A stretch of 64,000 nucleotides of DNA from Betaproteobacteria bacterium (GTDB taxonomy: Bacteria > Pseudomonadota > Gammaproteobacteria > Burkholderiales > Casimicrobiaceae): positions 190-64,189 of the forward strand of contig JANMCH010000054.1 of NCBI GenBank assembly GCA_031361045.1. The letters run 5' to 3'. A program made the translations under genes and the position numbers. The notes under the pieces are model-generated. The model was given only the letters and a program-made list of their open reading frames with translations. It made no database searches and was not told the origin of the DNA. This document shows positions 11,488 through 20,430 of the stretch, in pieces. Position 1 is the first letter of the stretch; every line of letters begins with the position of its first letter.

Positions 11488-12075
11488 TCACATTCCAAGA
11501 TCAGCGGGCGTATCCACGTCACGCACGACACCGACGTCAGCCACTTCGATCAGTTGCACGCGGTCGCGATGCGCGGCGAGGATCGACTTCGCGCCCTCGT
11601 CTCCCGAAAGTGCGGCGAGCGCCGCGTAGTGCCGCCGCGCAAAACCTACAGGATGCGCGCGCACACCGATGTGCGACGTCGCGACCATTTCTGCGCCGGA
11701 GGCCAGCGCATCTCCAACCACGACTATCGTCGCGGGCGCGATCCAAGGCATGTCCGCGAGCGCTACGATCCAGCCTTCCGCATCGGCCGCAGCGGCTACG
11801 CCGCAAGCAAGGCTGGCACCCATTCCCTGGTCCGCCCGCGCACACTCGACGACGCGCGCTCCCGCGGAGCGCAGCTGGCTTGCGAGGATCGAGTCACCCG
11901 GACGCACGACGGCGACTACATCGGGCAAAGCGGCCAACAGATGCAGACAAGACGCCACGCCGATAGCCGTCCCGGCGCCGACACCGTGCGACGCCGCCGG
12001 CAGCGGCGCGAGCAGCTTGGCGCCGCCAAAGCGCGCGCCACTGCCGGCGGCAAGCAACACTCCAACGATTCGCAT
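11488..12075 (-). CDS. Nucleotidyltransferase family protein (MobA/MocA-like molybdenum cofactor cytidylyl/guanylyltransferase)
   Basis: The N-terminal MRIVGVLLAAGSGARFGG-KLL motif and a size near 195 aa fit the MobA-like NTP-transferase fold. The start is taken at the ATG at 12075. Confidence 0.7.
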   Translation of the reverse strand: MRIVGVLLAAGSGARFGGAKLLAPLPAASHGVGAGTAIGVASCLHLLAALPDVVAVVRPGDSILASQLRSAGARVVECARADQGMGASLACGVAAAADAEGWIVALADMPWIAPATIVVVGDALASGAEMVATSHIGVRAHPVGFARRHYAALAALSGDEGAKSILAAHRDRVQLIEVADVGVVRDVDTPADLGM

Positions 12076-12083
12076 GGCAAAAA

Positions 12084-12117
12084 TGGGGCCAGACCCTGTA
12101 ATGGGGTCAGACCCCAT
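12084..12117. repeat. REP-like palindromic element, two tandem units
   Basis: The sequence TGGGGCCAGACCC (12084-12096) and ATGGGGTC-A-GACCCCAT (12101-12117, 8-bp arms) fills the gap between two minus-strand genes. It shares the core GGGTCAGAC[CT]C with the repeats at 27136-27274. Confidence 0.7.
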
Positions 12118-13262
12118 TATTCGCCCTGCAGCAGCCGGAACTTGCCGTCCTTGACGACGATGAGCACGCGCGCCCGGTCATCCATGCCGTTGTGGTTGGT
12201 GGCCGACATGTTGAACACGCCCTGCGTACCGACCACTTCGCGTTCCTTTTCGAGAGAGTCGCGCAGTGCACTGCGAAAAGCATCGGTACCGGGCCTGCCG
12301 GCCTTGAGTGCCGCGGGCAATGCGCGTTCGAGCAGGATGGCGCCGTCCCACGTGTTGGCGCCAAACGTTGCGGGCTTCGTCCCGAATTGCTTTTCGTAGG
12401 CGGCAATGTAAGCCTGCGCCACTTTCTTCGTCGGATTCGAATCGGGAATCTCGTCGATGACCAGCATCGGTCCGGCGGCCAGCACGGTGCCCTCAACCTT
12501 TTCCTTGCCCAGCCTGATGAAGTCCTCGGTCGCGACGGCGTGCGTCTGGTAGACCCGGCCCTTGTAACCCTGGTCGAACAGCGTTGCCTGCGGCAGCACA
12601 GCGGGCCCGCCCACCGCTGCAATCAATACCGCATCCGGTTTGGCCGCCATCAGTTTCAGCACCTGGCCGGTCACGCTCTGGTCCGTGCGCGCGTAGCGTT
12701 CATTGGCGATGATGCTGATCCCCGCCTTTTCCGCCATGGGGCCGAACACTTTGTACCAGTTCTCGCCATACGGATCGTTGAAGCCGATGAAGCCGACGGT
12801 CTTGACACCACGCTTCACCATGTTCGACAGCAATGCGCTCGCGATGATGTCGTCGTTCTGCGTCGTCTTGAACACCCAGCGCTTCTTCGCGTCGAGCGGC
12901 TCGACCACCGACGACGTGCCCACCGTCGCCATCATCGGCACGTGGGCTTCGGCAATCACGTCGAGGATCGCCAGCGCGTTGGGCGTGGTCGACGGGCCGA
13001 TCAGCGCGTCGATATTGTTCTCCTGGATAAGCTTCTTGATATTCTGCACGGCGCGCGTCGTGTCGCCACCATCATCCAGCTGGATGTATTCAATCGTGGC
13101 ATCGCCGATTTTTTTGGGCAGCATGTCGCCGGTGTTCTTCTGCGGAATGCCGATGGCCGACGTGGGGCCGGTGGCCGAGACCATCAGCCCGACCTTGACC
13201 TGCGCGGCGGCAACGGCCGAGACGATGAGTGCAAGCGCGAAAACGACAAAGCGGTGGAACAC
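12117..13262 (-). CDS. ABC transporter substrate-binding protein, branched-chain amino acid (LivJ/Leu-Ile-Val-binding) family
   Basis: 381 aa with a signal peptide (MFHRFVVFALALIVSAVAAAQ), then VKVGLMVSATGPTSAIGIP... typical of the type I periplasmic binding fold. No cognate permease or ATPase genes are adjacent. Confidence 0.85.
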   Translation of the reverse strand: MFHRFVVFALALIVSAVAAAQVKVGLMVSATGPTSAIGIPQKNTGDMLPKKIGDATIEYIQLDDGGDTTRAVQNIKKLIQENNIDALIGPSTTPNALAILDVIAEAHVPMMATVGTSSVVEPLDAKKRWVFKTTQNDDIIASALLSNMVKRGVKTVGFIGFNDPYGENWYKVFGPMAEKAGISIIANERYARTDQSVTGQVLKLMAAKPDAVLIAAVGGPAVLPQATLFDQGYKGRVYQTHAVATEDFIRLGKEKVEGTVLAAGPMLVIDEIPDSNPTKKVAQAYIAAYEKQFGTKPATFGANTWDGAILLERALPAALKAGRPGTDAFRSALRDSLEKEREVVGTQGVFNMSATNHNGMDDRARVLIVVKDGKFRLLQGE

Positions 13263-13330
13263 AGCAGACTCCTGAGTGAAAAAGTAGAGGAATCGTGGAT
13301 GCTAAGCCCTGCGGCGCCGTTGCCGCAAGG

Positions 13331-14503
13331 TCAGACGTATTGGCCCGCAGCGTGGCCCGAGGCCCACGCCCACTGGAAGTTGTAGCCCCCGAGCCAGCCG
13401 GTGACATCGACGACTTCGCCGACGAAGTAGAGTCCCGCAACCTCCACCGCACCCATCGTCTTCGATGACAGCCCGGCCGTGGCGACGCCGCCGCAGGTCA
13501 CCTCCGCCTTCTGATAACCGAGCGTGCCCGACGGCAGCACGCGCCAGTCGTGTAATTGGCCGGCGATATCCCGCAAGCGCGCTTCGCCCAGTTGCTTCAT
13601 CGGCAGCGCTACGCCGTGCGCGGCACACCATTGCTGCGCGAATCGCCTGGGCAGGCGTTCGGCGAGCAGCGTAGGCAGCAACGCCTGCGACGCGGCGCGG
13701 GCGCACAGCCACGCAGCCGCGTCCTCACCCGGCAACAAGTCGATCGTCAGCGGCGTGCGACCGTCCCAGTACGACGAGATTTGCAGGATCGCCGGACCGG
13801 ACAGTCCGCGGTGCGTGAACAGCAGATTCTCGCGGAACGTGGCGCCGTTGCAGGATACGTTCGCGTCGACCGACATTCCGGACAGGTCGCCATAGCGCGC
13901 CAGCGCATCCGGCGCAAAGGCGAGCGGCACGAGTCCGGGACGCGGTGGCACGATGGCAAGATCGAATTGCTCCGCGACCTTGTAGCCAAACGGCGTCGCG
14001 CCGATCTTCGGCACCGACAATCCACCCGTTGCGATGACCACCGATGCGCAGCGAACAGGGCCTTGCGGCGTAGCGACTTCGAAGCCGCCGTCGCGACGCG
14101 AGATGCCTTCGACGGCGCACGGCATTCGCCACTGCACATGTCCCAGCTCGCACTCCGACTTGAGCATGCGGATGATGTCCTGCGCTGAGTCATCGCAGAA
14201 GAGCTGGCCCAGCTTCTTCTCGTGGTACGCGATGCCGTATTTTTCCACCAGCGAGATGAAATGGCGCGGCGTGTAGCGCGCGAGCGCCGACCGGCAGAAA
14301 TCCGGATTCTGCGACAGGAAATTGGCGGGACCTGCGCCGACGTTGGTGAAATTGCAGCGGCCACCGCCGGAGATGCGGATCTTCTCGCCCAGCAGGTGGT
14401 AATGCTCGATCAGCAACACGCGGCGGCCACGCTGCCCGGCCTGCGCGGCGCACATCATGCCCGCGGCACCCGCGCCGATGACGACGACGTCGCACTCGAC
14501 CAT
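13331..14503 (-). CDS. BaiN/YhiN (HI0933-like) NAD(P)/FAD-dependent flavoprotein
   Basis: It has a DVVVIGAGAAGMMCA Rossmann motif, then ...GEKIRISGGGRCNFTN..., and the C-terminal GEVVDVTGWLGGYNFQWAWASG characteristic of this family. Confidence 0.88.
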   Translation of the reverse strand: MVECDVVVIGAGAAGMMCAAQAGQRGRRVLLIEHYHLLGEKIRISGGGRCNFTNVGAGPANFLSQNPDFCRSALARYTPRHFISLVEKYGIAYHEKKLGQLFCDDSAQDIIRMLKSECELGHVQWRMPCAVEGISRRDGGFEVATPQGPVRCASVVIATGGLSVPKIGATPFGYKVAEQFDLAIVPPRPGLVPLAFAPDALARYGDLSGMSVDANVSCNGATFRENLLFTHRGLSGPAILQISSYWDGRTPLTIDLLPGEDAAAWLCARAASQALLPTLLAERLPRRFAQQWCAAHGVALPMKQLGEARLRDIAGQLHDWRVLPSGTLGYQKAEVTCGGVATAGLSSKTMGAVEVAGLYFVGEVVDVTGWLGGYNFQWAWASGHAAGQYV

Positions 14504-14516
14504 CAGCAGGCTTGCT

Positions 14517-16424
14517 CTACTTTACCGGACGCGGAAAGCCCATGCGGTCGACGATCGCCTGGTAGCGCGCGTTGCCGACGAGCTCGGGGCTCAATCCGGG
14601 CGTGATGACCGCATAGACCATGTTCGTCGTGCGGTCCGCGAATGCCTTTTCGTACCACACCAGCGCCTCGTCCAACTCGCCAAGGGCGCCGTGGACCTGC
14701 GCGAAAGTCACCGGGTCGACGTATTGCTTCGCTTCCAGCGCATGCAGTTGTTCGAGCTTGTGGCGTGCGCGCACGACGTCCCCGCAGGTCGCGTAGGCGA
14801 CGCCCAGCCACGACCACGACAGCGGCGCTGCCCCATCCGCGAGTCGGCGCTCGGCGATTTCGGCCTGGACGGTGGCTTCATCGCATTTCTTCTGCAGGGC
14901 CAGCGTGCGCGCGAGCTTGATGTAGCCCCATGTCCAGTTGGGATCGATGTCGATCGCGCGGCGGAATCCCGCGGCCGCTTCCTCGTAATCACCCTGGACC
15001 ATCGCGATGATCGCGAGGTTGTGCACGGGACCCACCGACAGCGGGTCCAGTCGAATCGCGATGCGGGTCCTGACGAGCGCCTCGTCGAAGCGGCCCAGCG
15101 CCATCAGGAAACCCCCGTATTCCTCATTGACCGCCTGGCTGTCCGGGTTCAATGCGATCGCGCGCCGGAATGCTGCGTCGGCGCCCGCCCAGTCCCATTC
15201 AAAGTAGAACCGGACAAGGCCGAGTGCGGTGTGAGCCTCCGCGAGGTCCGGATCGAGTTCCAGGGCCCGGGTCACCGCGGCCCGTGCCTTGTCCACGAAC
15301 GCACTGCGATCGACCGCGCGCAGATAGGCCTGCGTGGTGTAGGCCTCGGCCAGTCCGGCATGGGCCATCGCGTAATCGGGCGCGCGGTCCACCGCCTGCT
15401 GGAAACAGTCGACGCTCTTGTCCATTTCCTGCTGGTTGCCGCAGAGAAAATTGCGCCCCCTGAGGTAGAGGCGAAAGGCCTCCGGGTCTGAGGTGTCTTT
15501 ACGGGCGAGTTTGGCCTTCTCGCCACCGCTCAATTTGCGGCGCAGCGTTCGCGCAATGGTGGCCGCGATCTCGCCTTCGACCTGCATCAGGTCGTCCGCC
15601 GAACGCGCATACCTGTCGCCCCACAATTGCGTTCCGTCGCGCAGGCTGACGAGTTCCGCGGTAATGGCGATGCTCGTCCCGCGCTGTGCGAGGCTGCCGA
15701 GAATCAAAGCGTCCACGCCAAGGCGGCGCCCGATTTCCGCTGGCTCCGTTGCCTTGCCCTTGAACGCGAAGGCGGAATTTCGCGAGATGACACGAAGTCC
15801 CTTGAGGTTCGAGAGCTTGTTGATGAGGCACTCCGAGATGCCGTCGCAGAGGTAGTCGATCGTGGGGTCGCCCGTCGTGTTCTCGAACGGCAAGACGGCC
15901 ACCAGGTCGATCGCGTTGGCATCGCGCCGCGGCACTGCCGGCGCCAACGCGCCCGGACGTGGCGAGACGGCGGCGTTCACGACGCGGTCGCCTTGTGCAA
16001 GCAGGCGCGCCACGCGCTCGACGAAATTGGCAGGAACTTCCCCGGCCCGCAGGTAGGTCCACTGCACGTCGCGGAATTTGTCCGGCACCAGCGCATCGGT
16101 GTCGCGGGTGTCGTCGATGGCGACCGGCAGCAGGAACGGCTTCTCCGCAGCCATCAGATGCGAGCGGTCGACCGCCAGCTTCCATTCGAGGCGGAAATAA
16201 CCCTCGGCGCGGGCGCGCGTATTCGCCGAGATGATCGGCATGAACAGCGCGCAGGCCTTGATCTGCGTCCTGATCGAGGCATCCCATGCGTCGCCGCCGC
16301 GCAGTTCGCTGGTGTCGAGCCAGACCTCGACGCCGGCTGCGCGCAGTGTCTCGCCGATCCGGCGGGCGGCATCGGCGTCCTGCGACGCATAGCTCAGGAA
16401 GACTGCGTTGGTCGGTTCGTTCAT
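14517..16424 (-). CDS. TIR domain protein with a central TolB_N/FlgO-like module and C-terminal TPR repeats
   Basis: N-terminal residues 1-140 resemble a TIR_2 domain (AVFLSYASQDADAARRI...LRAAGVEVWLD...GDAWDASIRTQIKACALFMPIISANT...EGYFRLEWKLA). The middle VAVLPFENTTGDPTIDYLCDGISECLINKLSNLKGLRVISRNS...DALILGSL resembles the TolB_N-like module seen in cyclase/CadC-TPR proteins. The C-terminal roughly 300 aa are TPR-like. No signal peptide or TM segment was seen. Confidence 0.8.
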   Translation of the reverse strand: MNEPTNAVFLSYASQDADAARRIGETLRAAGVEVWLDTSELRGGDAWDASIRTQIKACALFMPIISANTRARAEGYFRLEWKLAVDRSHLMAAEKPFLLPVAIDDTRDTDALVPDKFRDVQWTYLRAGEVPANFVERVARLLAQGDRVVNAAVSPRPGALAPAVPRRDANAIDLVAVLPFENTTGDPTIDYLCDGISECLINKLSNLKGLRVISRNSAFAFKGKATEPAEIGRRLGVDALILGSLAQRGTSIAITAELVSLRDGTQLWGDRYARSADDLMQVEGEIAATIARTLRRKLSGGEKAKLARKDTSDPEAFRLYLRGRNFLCGNQQEMDKSVDCFQQAVDRAPDYAMAHAGLAEAYTTQAYLRAVDRSAFVDKARAAVTRALELDPDLAEAHTALGLVRFYFEWDWAGADAAFRRAIALNPDSQAVNEEYGGFLMALGRFDEALVRTRIAIRLDPLSVGPVHNLAIIAMVQGDYEEAAAGFRRAIDIDPNWTWGYIKLARTLALQKKCDEATVQAEIAERRLADGAAPLSWSWLGVAYATCGDVVRARHKLEQLHALEAKQYVDPVTFAQVHGALGELDEALVWYEKAFADRTTNMVYAVITPGLSPELVGNARYQAIVDRMGFPRPVK

Positions 16425-16468
16425 CGGCGACGCAGTGTAATGCCTATTTCAAAGTCGGCGTGATCGAC

Positions 16469-17605
16469 CTACTCGCTGAAGAAGTCCTTCACCTTGTCGA
16501 ACCAGCCCTTGGCGCGGGGATTGTGCTTGCCCGGGTCTTCCTCGTTGATCTGCTCGAACTCGCGCAGCAAGTCTTTCTGCCGCGCAGTGAGCTTGATCGG
16601 CGTCTCGATCGCGACGTGGCAGAAAAGGTCGCCTTGCACCGAGCCGCGCACCGGGCGGATGCCCTTGTTGCGCAGTCGAAACGTCTGCCCTGATTGCGTC
16701 TCCGCGGGAATCTTGATCGTGGCGTGGCCGTCGAGCGTCGGGAGTTCCAGCTCGCCGCCCAGCGCCGCCGTGGCGAAGCTGATCGGCATCTCGCAATGCA
16801 GGTCCGCACCATCGCGCTGGAACACCTGGTGCGGCTTCAGCGCGACAACGACGTACAAATCGCCGGACGGTCCGCCGTTCAGGCCGGCCTCGCCTTCGCC
16901 GGTCAGGCGGATGCGATCGTCGGTGTCGACACCCGCGGGAATTTTCACCGACAACGTCTTGTGCTTCTTCACGCGGCCCGCACCGTGGCACGTCGTGCAC
17001 GGTTCGGGTATGACCTTGCCGGTACCGCGACACGTCTGACACGTTTGCTGGATCGAGAAGAAACCCTGCGACACGCGCACTTCGCCGCGGCCGCCGCAGG
17101 TGCCGCAGGTCTTGGGCTGCGTACCGGGCTTGGCACCGGTGCCCTTGCACGTCTCGCATCCTTCCATCGCCGGGATGCGGATCTTCACCTCGGTGCCGCG
17201 CGCGGCATCCTCCAGCGACCTCTCGAGGTTGTAGCGAAGGTCGGCGCCGCGATAGACGCCGCTGCCGCCGCCACCACGACCCTGCTGCCCGAAGATCTCG
17301 CCGAAAATGTCGCCGAACGCATCGGCAAATCCGCCGAAGCCTTCCGGTCCGCCGGGGCGACCGCCCATACCTGCCGACGCGTCGACGCCCGCATGGCCGA
17401 ACTGGTCGTAGGCCGCGCGTTTCTTGGGGTCCGTGAGGACCTCGTAGGCTTCCTTGGCCTCCTTGAATTTCTCCTCGGAAGCCTTGTCATCCGGATTGCG
17501 GTCCGGATGGTGCTTCATCGCCAGCTTGCGGTAGGACTTCTTCAAGTCCTCCTCGGTCGCGTCGCGGCTCAAGCCCAGTGTCGTGTAGTAATCCCGCTTC
17601 GCCAT
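16469..17605 (-). CDS. dnaJ: Molecular chaperone DnaJ
   Basis: It has a J-domain ([35 protein letters not shown]), a G/F-rich region and four CxxCxGxG zinc-finger repeats. Confidence 0.97.
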   Translation of the reverse strand: MAKRDYYTTLGLSRDATEEDLKKSYRKLAMKHHPDRNPDDKASEEKFKEAKEAYEVLTDPKKRAAYDQFGHAGVDASAGMGGRPGGPEGFGGFADAFGDIFGEIFGQQGRGGGGSGVYRGADLRYNLERSLEDAARGTEVKIRIPAMEGCETCKGTGAKPGTQPKTCGTCGGRGEVRVSQGFFSIQQTCQTCRGTGKVIPEPCTTCHGAGRVKKHKTLSVKIPAGVDTDDRIRLTGEGEAGLNGGPSGDLYVVVALKPHQVFQRDGADLHCEMPISFATAALGGELELPTLDGHATIKIPAETQSGQTFRLRNKGIRPVRGSVQGDLFCHVAIETPIKLTARQKDLLREFEQINEEDPGKHNPRAKGWFDKVKDFFSE

Positions 17606-17628
17606 GATTCGTGTTGCCCCTTACAACA

Positions 17629-19584
17629 TTATTTCTGGTCCTTGACCTCGGTGAATTCGGCGTCGACGACTTTCTCTTCCGCGTGATGCCCGCCTGCGCC
17701 TCCCGCGCCTGCGCCCTCACCCGTGCCGGCGCCGCCGGCAGCGGCACCCGCCGCCGCCTGCGCCTGCGCGTACATCGCCTCGCCCAGCTTCTGCGACGTC
17801 TTGGCCAGCTCTTCCGCTTTCGCCTCGAGTTGTTCCTTGGTCGCGTCGTTCTGCTTCAGCACGTCCTCGGCTTCCTTGAGCGCGGTTTCGATCTTCGCCT
17901 TTTCGTCGGCTTCGATCTTGTCGCCGTATTCAGTGATCGACTTCTTCACGCTGTGGACCAGCGCGTCGAGGCTGTTGCGCGCCTGCACCGTCTCGACCAT
18001 CTTGCGGTCGTCCTCGGCGTGCTCTTCGGCGTCCTTCACCATCTTCTCGATTTCGGCTTCCGACAATCCGGAGTTGGCCTTGATCGTGATCTTGTTCTCC
18101 TTGCCCGTCGCCTTGTCCTTGGCCGAAACGTGGAGGATGCCGTTGGCGTCGATGTCGAACGTCACTTCGATTTGCGGCGTGCCGCGCGGGCTGGGCGGGA
18201 TGCCTTCGAGGTTGAACTGACCCAGGCTCTTGTTGCCGCCCGCGACGTCGCGCTCGCCCTGCAGCACATGGATGGTCACGGCGCCCTGGTTGTCATCGGC
18301 CGTGGAGAACACCTGCTGCGCCTTGGTCGGAATGGTCGTGTTCTTCTTGATGAGCTTGGTCATCACGCTGCCGAGCGTTTCGATGCCCAGTGAGAGCGGC
18401 GTCACGTCGAGCAGCAGCACGTCCTTGACGTCGCCCTTCAGCACGCCGCCCTGGATGGCCGCGCCGACCGCAACCGCCTCATCGGGATTGACGTCCTTGC
18501 GCGGTTCCTTGCCGAAGAATTCCTTGACCTTGTCCTGCACCTTGGGCATGCGCGTCTGGCCACCGACCAGGATGACGTCGGAAATGTCGGACAGCGCAAC
18601 CCCGGCATCCTTGATGGCGACGCGGCACGGCGCAATCGTGCGCTCGATCAGTTCCTCGACCAGCGCCTCGAACTTGGCGCGCGTGATCTTCATGGCCAGA
18701 TGCTTCGGTCCCGATTGATCGGCCGTGATGTACGGCAGGTTGATCTCGGTCTGCTGCGACGACGACAGCTCGATCTTGGCCTTTTCCGCGGAGTCCTTCA
18801 GCCGTTGCAATGCCAGCACGTCGTTCTTGAGATCGACGCCGGATTCCTTCTTGTATTCGGTGACGATGTAGTCGATGAGGCGCTGGTCGAAGTCCTCGCC
18901 GCCCAGGAACGTATCGCCGTTGGTGGACAGCACTTCGAACTGGTGCTCGCCGTCGACATTGGCGATTTCGATGATCGAGATGTCGAACGTGCCGCCGCCC
19001 AGGTCATAGACCGCGATCTTGCGGTCGCCTTCCTTCTTGTCCATGCCGAACGCCAGCGCCGCCGCCGTCGGCTCGTTGATGATCCGCTTGACCTCGAGGC
19101 CGGCGATCTTGCCGGCGTCCTTGGTGGCCTGCCGCTGCGAGTCGTTGAAGTACGCCGGGACCGTGATGACGGCCTCGGTGACTTCCTCGCCGAGATAGTC
19201 CTCGGCGGTCTTCTTCATCTTGCGCAGGATTTCCGCGGAGACCTGCTGCGGCGCGATCTTCTTGCCGCGCACTTCGACCCAGGCGTCGCCGTTGTCGGCC
19301 TTGACGATTCGGTAGGGCATCAGGTTGATGTCCTTCTGCACTTCCTTTTCCTCGAACTTGCGCCCGATCAAACGCTTGATCGCGTACAGCGTGTTCCTGG
19401 GATTGGTGACCGCCTGCCGCTTGGCCGACGCGCCGACGAGGATTTCGCCGTCGTCTTGGTAGGCGACGACCGACGGCGTGGTGCGCGCGCCCTCGGAATT
19501 TTCGATGACCTTGGGCGTGCCGCCCTCCATGATGGAGACGCAACTGTTGGTCGTACCCAGGTCGATGCCGATGATCTTGCCCAT
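17629..19584 (-). CDS. dnaK: Molecular chaperone DnaK (Hsp70)
   Basis: [22 protein letters not shown]... and the full Hsp70 signature motifs are present; 651 aa. Confidence 0.98.
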   Translation of the reverse strand: MGKIIGIDLGTTNSCVSIMEGGTPKVIENSEGARTTPSVVAYQDDGEILVGASAKRQAVTNPRNTLYAIKRLIGRKFEEKEVQKDINLMPYRIVKADNGDAWVEVRGKKIAPQQVSAEILRKMKKTAEDYLGEEVTEAVITVPAYFNDSQRQATKDAGKIAGLEVKRIINEPTAAALAFGMDKKEGDRKIAVYDLGGGTFDISIIEIANVDGEHQFEVLSTNGDTFLGGEDFDQRLIDYIVTEYKKESGVDLKNDVLALQRLKDSAEKAKIELSSSQQTEINLPYITADQSGPKHLAMKITRAKFEALVEELIERTIAPCRVAIKDAGVALSDISDVILVGGQTRMPKVQDKVKEFFGKEPRKDVNPDEAVAVGAAIQGGVLKGDVKDVLLLDVTPLSLGIETLGSVMTKLIKKNTTIPTKAQQVFSTADDNQGAVTIHVLQGERDVAGGNKSLGQFNLEGIPPSPRGTPQIEVTFDIDANGILHVSAKDKATGKENKITIKANSGLSEAEIEKMVKDAEEHAEDDRKMVETVQARNSLDALVHSVKKSITEYGDKIEADEKAKIETALKEAEDVLKQNDATKEQLEAKAEELAKTSQKLGEAMYAQAQAAAGAAAGGAGTGEGAGAGGAGGHHAEEKVVDAEFTEVKDQK

Positions 19585-19638
19585 GATGTCCTAACCTCCG
19601 TGATTCGAATGCGGATGAATGTGAATAACCTGTCCGTC

Positions 19639-19665
19639 AGATGGGGATTTCGTCCCTGGAATCAA
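19639..19665 (-). promoter_or_regulatory. Candidate sigma32 (RpoH) promoter of dnaK
   Basis: The minus strand reads gTTGATT-N13-CCCCATCT, compared with the sigma32 consensus CTTGAA-N13-15-CCCCATnT. It lies about 55 nt upstream of the dnaK ATG. Confidence 0.5.
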
Positions 19666-19722
19666 CTCAGCTGAGCAACTCAAATGAGCAATCCGATCGA
19701 CGCGGTCTTAAAAAATGTCTGC

Positions 19723-20301
19723 TCAGGCGTTCTCGGCCTTGTTGCTGGCGACCGTCACCAACGCCGGACGCAGCACGCGGTCGTTGATCAGATAGCCCTT
19801 CTGGAACACGGCGACGACCGTGTTGGCGGGCTGCCCGGATTCCACCATTTGCATTGCCTGGTGGCGGTGCGGGTCGTATTTTTCGCCGACGGGATTGATC
19901 TCGGTGACCTGCGCGCGGTCGAACGACGTTTGCAGCGACTTGAGCGTCAGCGCCGCGCCGGACTTCAGCGTGTCGAGCGAGACATCGCCGGCCGCGAGCG
20001 TCTGCTCGAGGGCATCCTTGACCGGCAGCAGGTCTTCCGCAAAACGCTCGACGGCGTACTTGTGCGCGCGCGCGACGTCGGCCTGCGCTTGCTTGCGGAC
20101 GTTTTCCGTTTCTGCCTTGGCGCGAAGGAAGGCATCCTTCAGCTCGGCGACTTCCGACTCCGCCTTGATCAGTTGCGCTGCGATGTCGTCCGTTGCCGCC
20201 ACGACCTCACTGGGCTCTGCGCCCGTTTCCGGCTCCATGCCGGCGCCGTCGAACGATGAGTCCGGCATCGCTGCCTCCGGCCCGTGCTGTTTGCGTGTCA
20301 T
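19723..20301 (-). CDS. grpE: Nucleotide exchange factor GrpE
   Basis: 192 aa with a GrpE coiled-coil and beta-domain ([20 protein letters not shown]...[16 protein letters not shown]). The start could also be a downstream in-frame Met. Confidence 0.93.
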   Translation of the reverse strand: MTRKQHGPEAAMPDSSFDGAGMEPETGAEPSEVVAATDDIAAQLIKAESEVAELKDAFLRAKAETENVRKQAQADVARAHKYAVERFAEDLLPVKDALEQTLAAGDVSLDTLKSGAALTLKSLQTSFDRAQVTEINPVGEKYDPHRHQAMQMVESGQPANTVVAVFQKGYLINDRVLRPALVTVASNKAENA

Positions 20302-20338
20302 GCGGTTTTCCTGGAATCAAACTTGCTAACCGCACGCA

Positions 20339-20365
20339 CGTTGGGGTCATTCAGCGGGATTCAAG
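20339..20365 (-). promoter_or_regulatory. Candidate sigma32 (RpoH) promoter of grpE
   Basis: The minus strand reads CTTGAA-N13-CCCCAACG, about 40 nt upstream of the grpE ATG. An AT-rich tract lies just upstream at 20380-20425. Confidence 0.5.
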
Positions 20366-20430
20366 CCCGGGCCGCGATAGTTCTGATAAATCGTTTACAT
20401 AACAATAAGTTATAGGCTGACTATCGCCCG

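Noticed and set aside
19585-19722. A CIRCE (HrcA operator) element upstream of dnaK; I also looked at 20302-20430 and 23132-23243.
   Set aside because: No match to TTAGCACTC-N9-GAGTGCTAA was found by eye. The GAGCAACTC...GAGCAATC pair near 19672-19695 is a direct repeat, not an inverted one.
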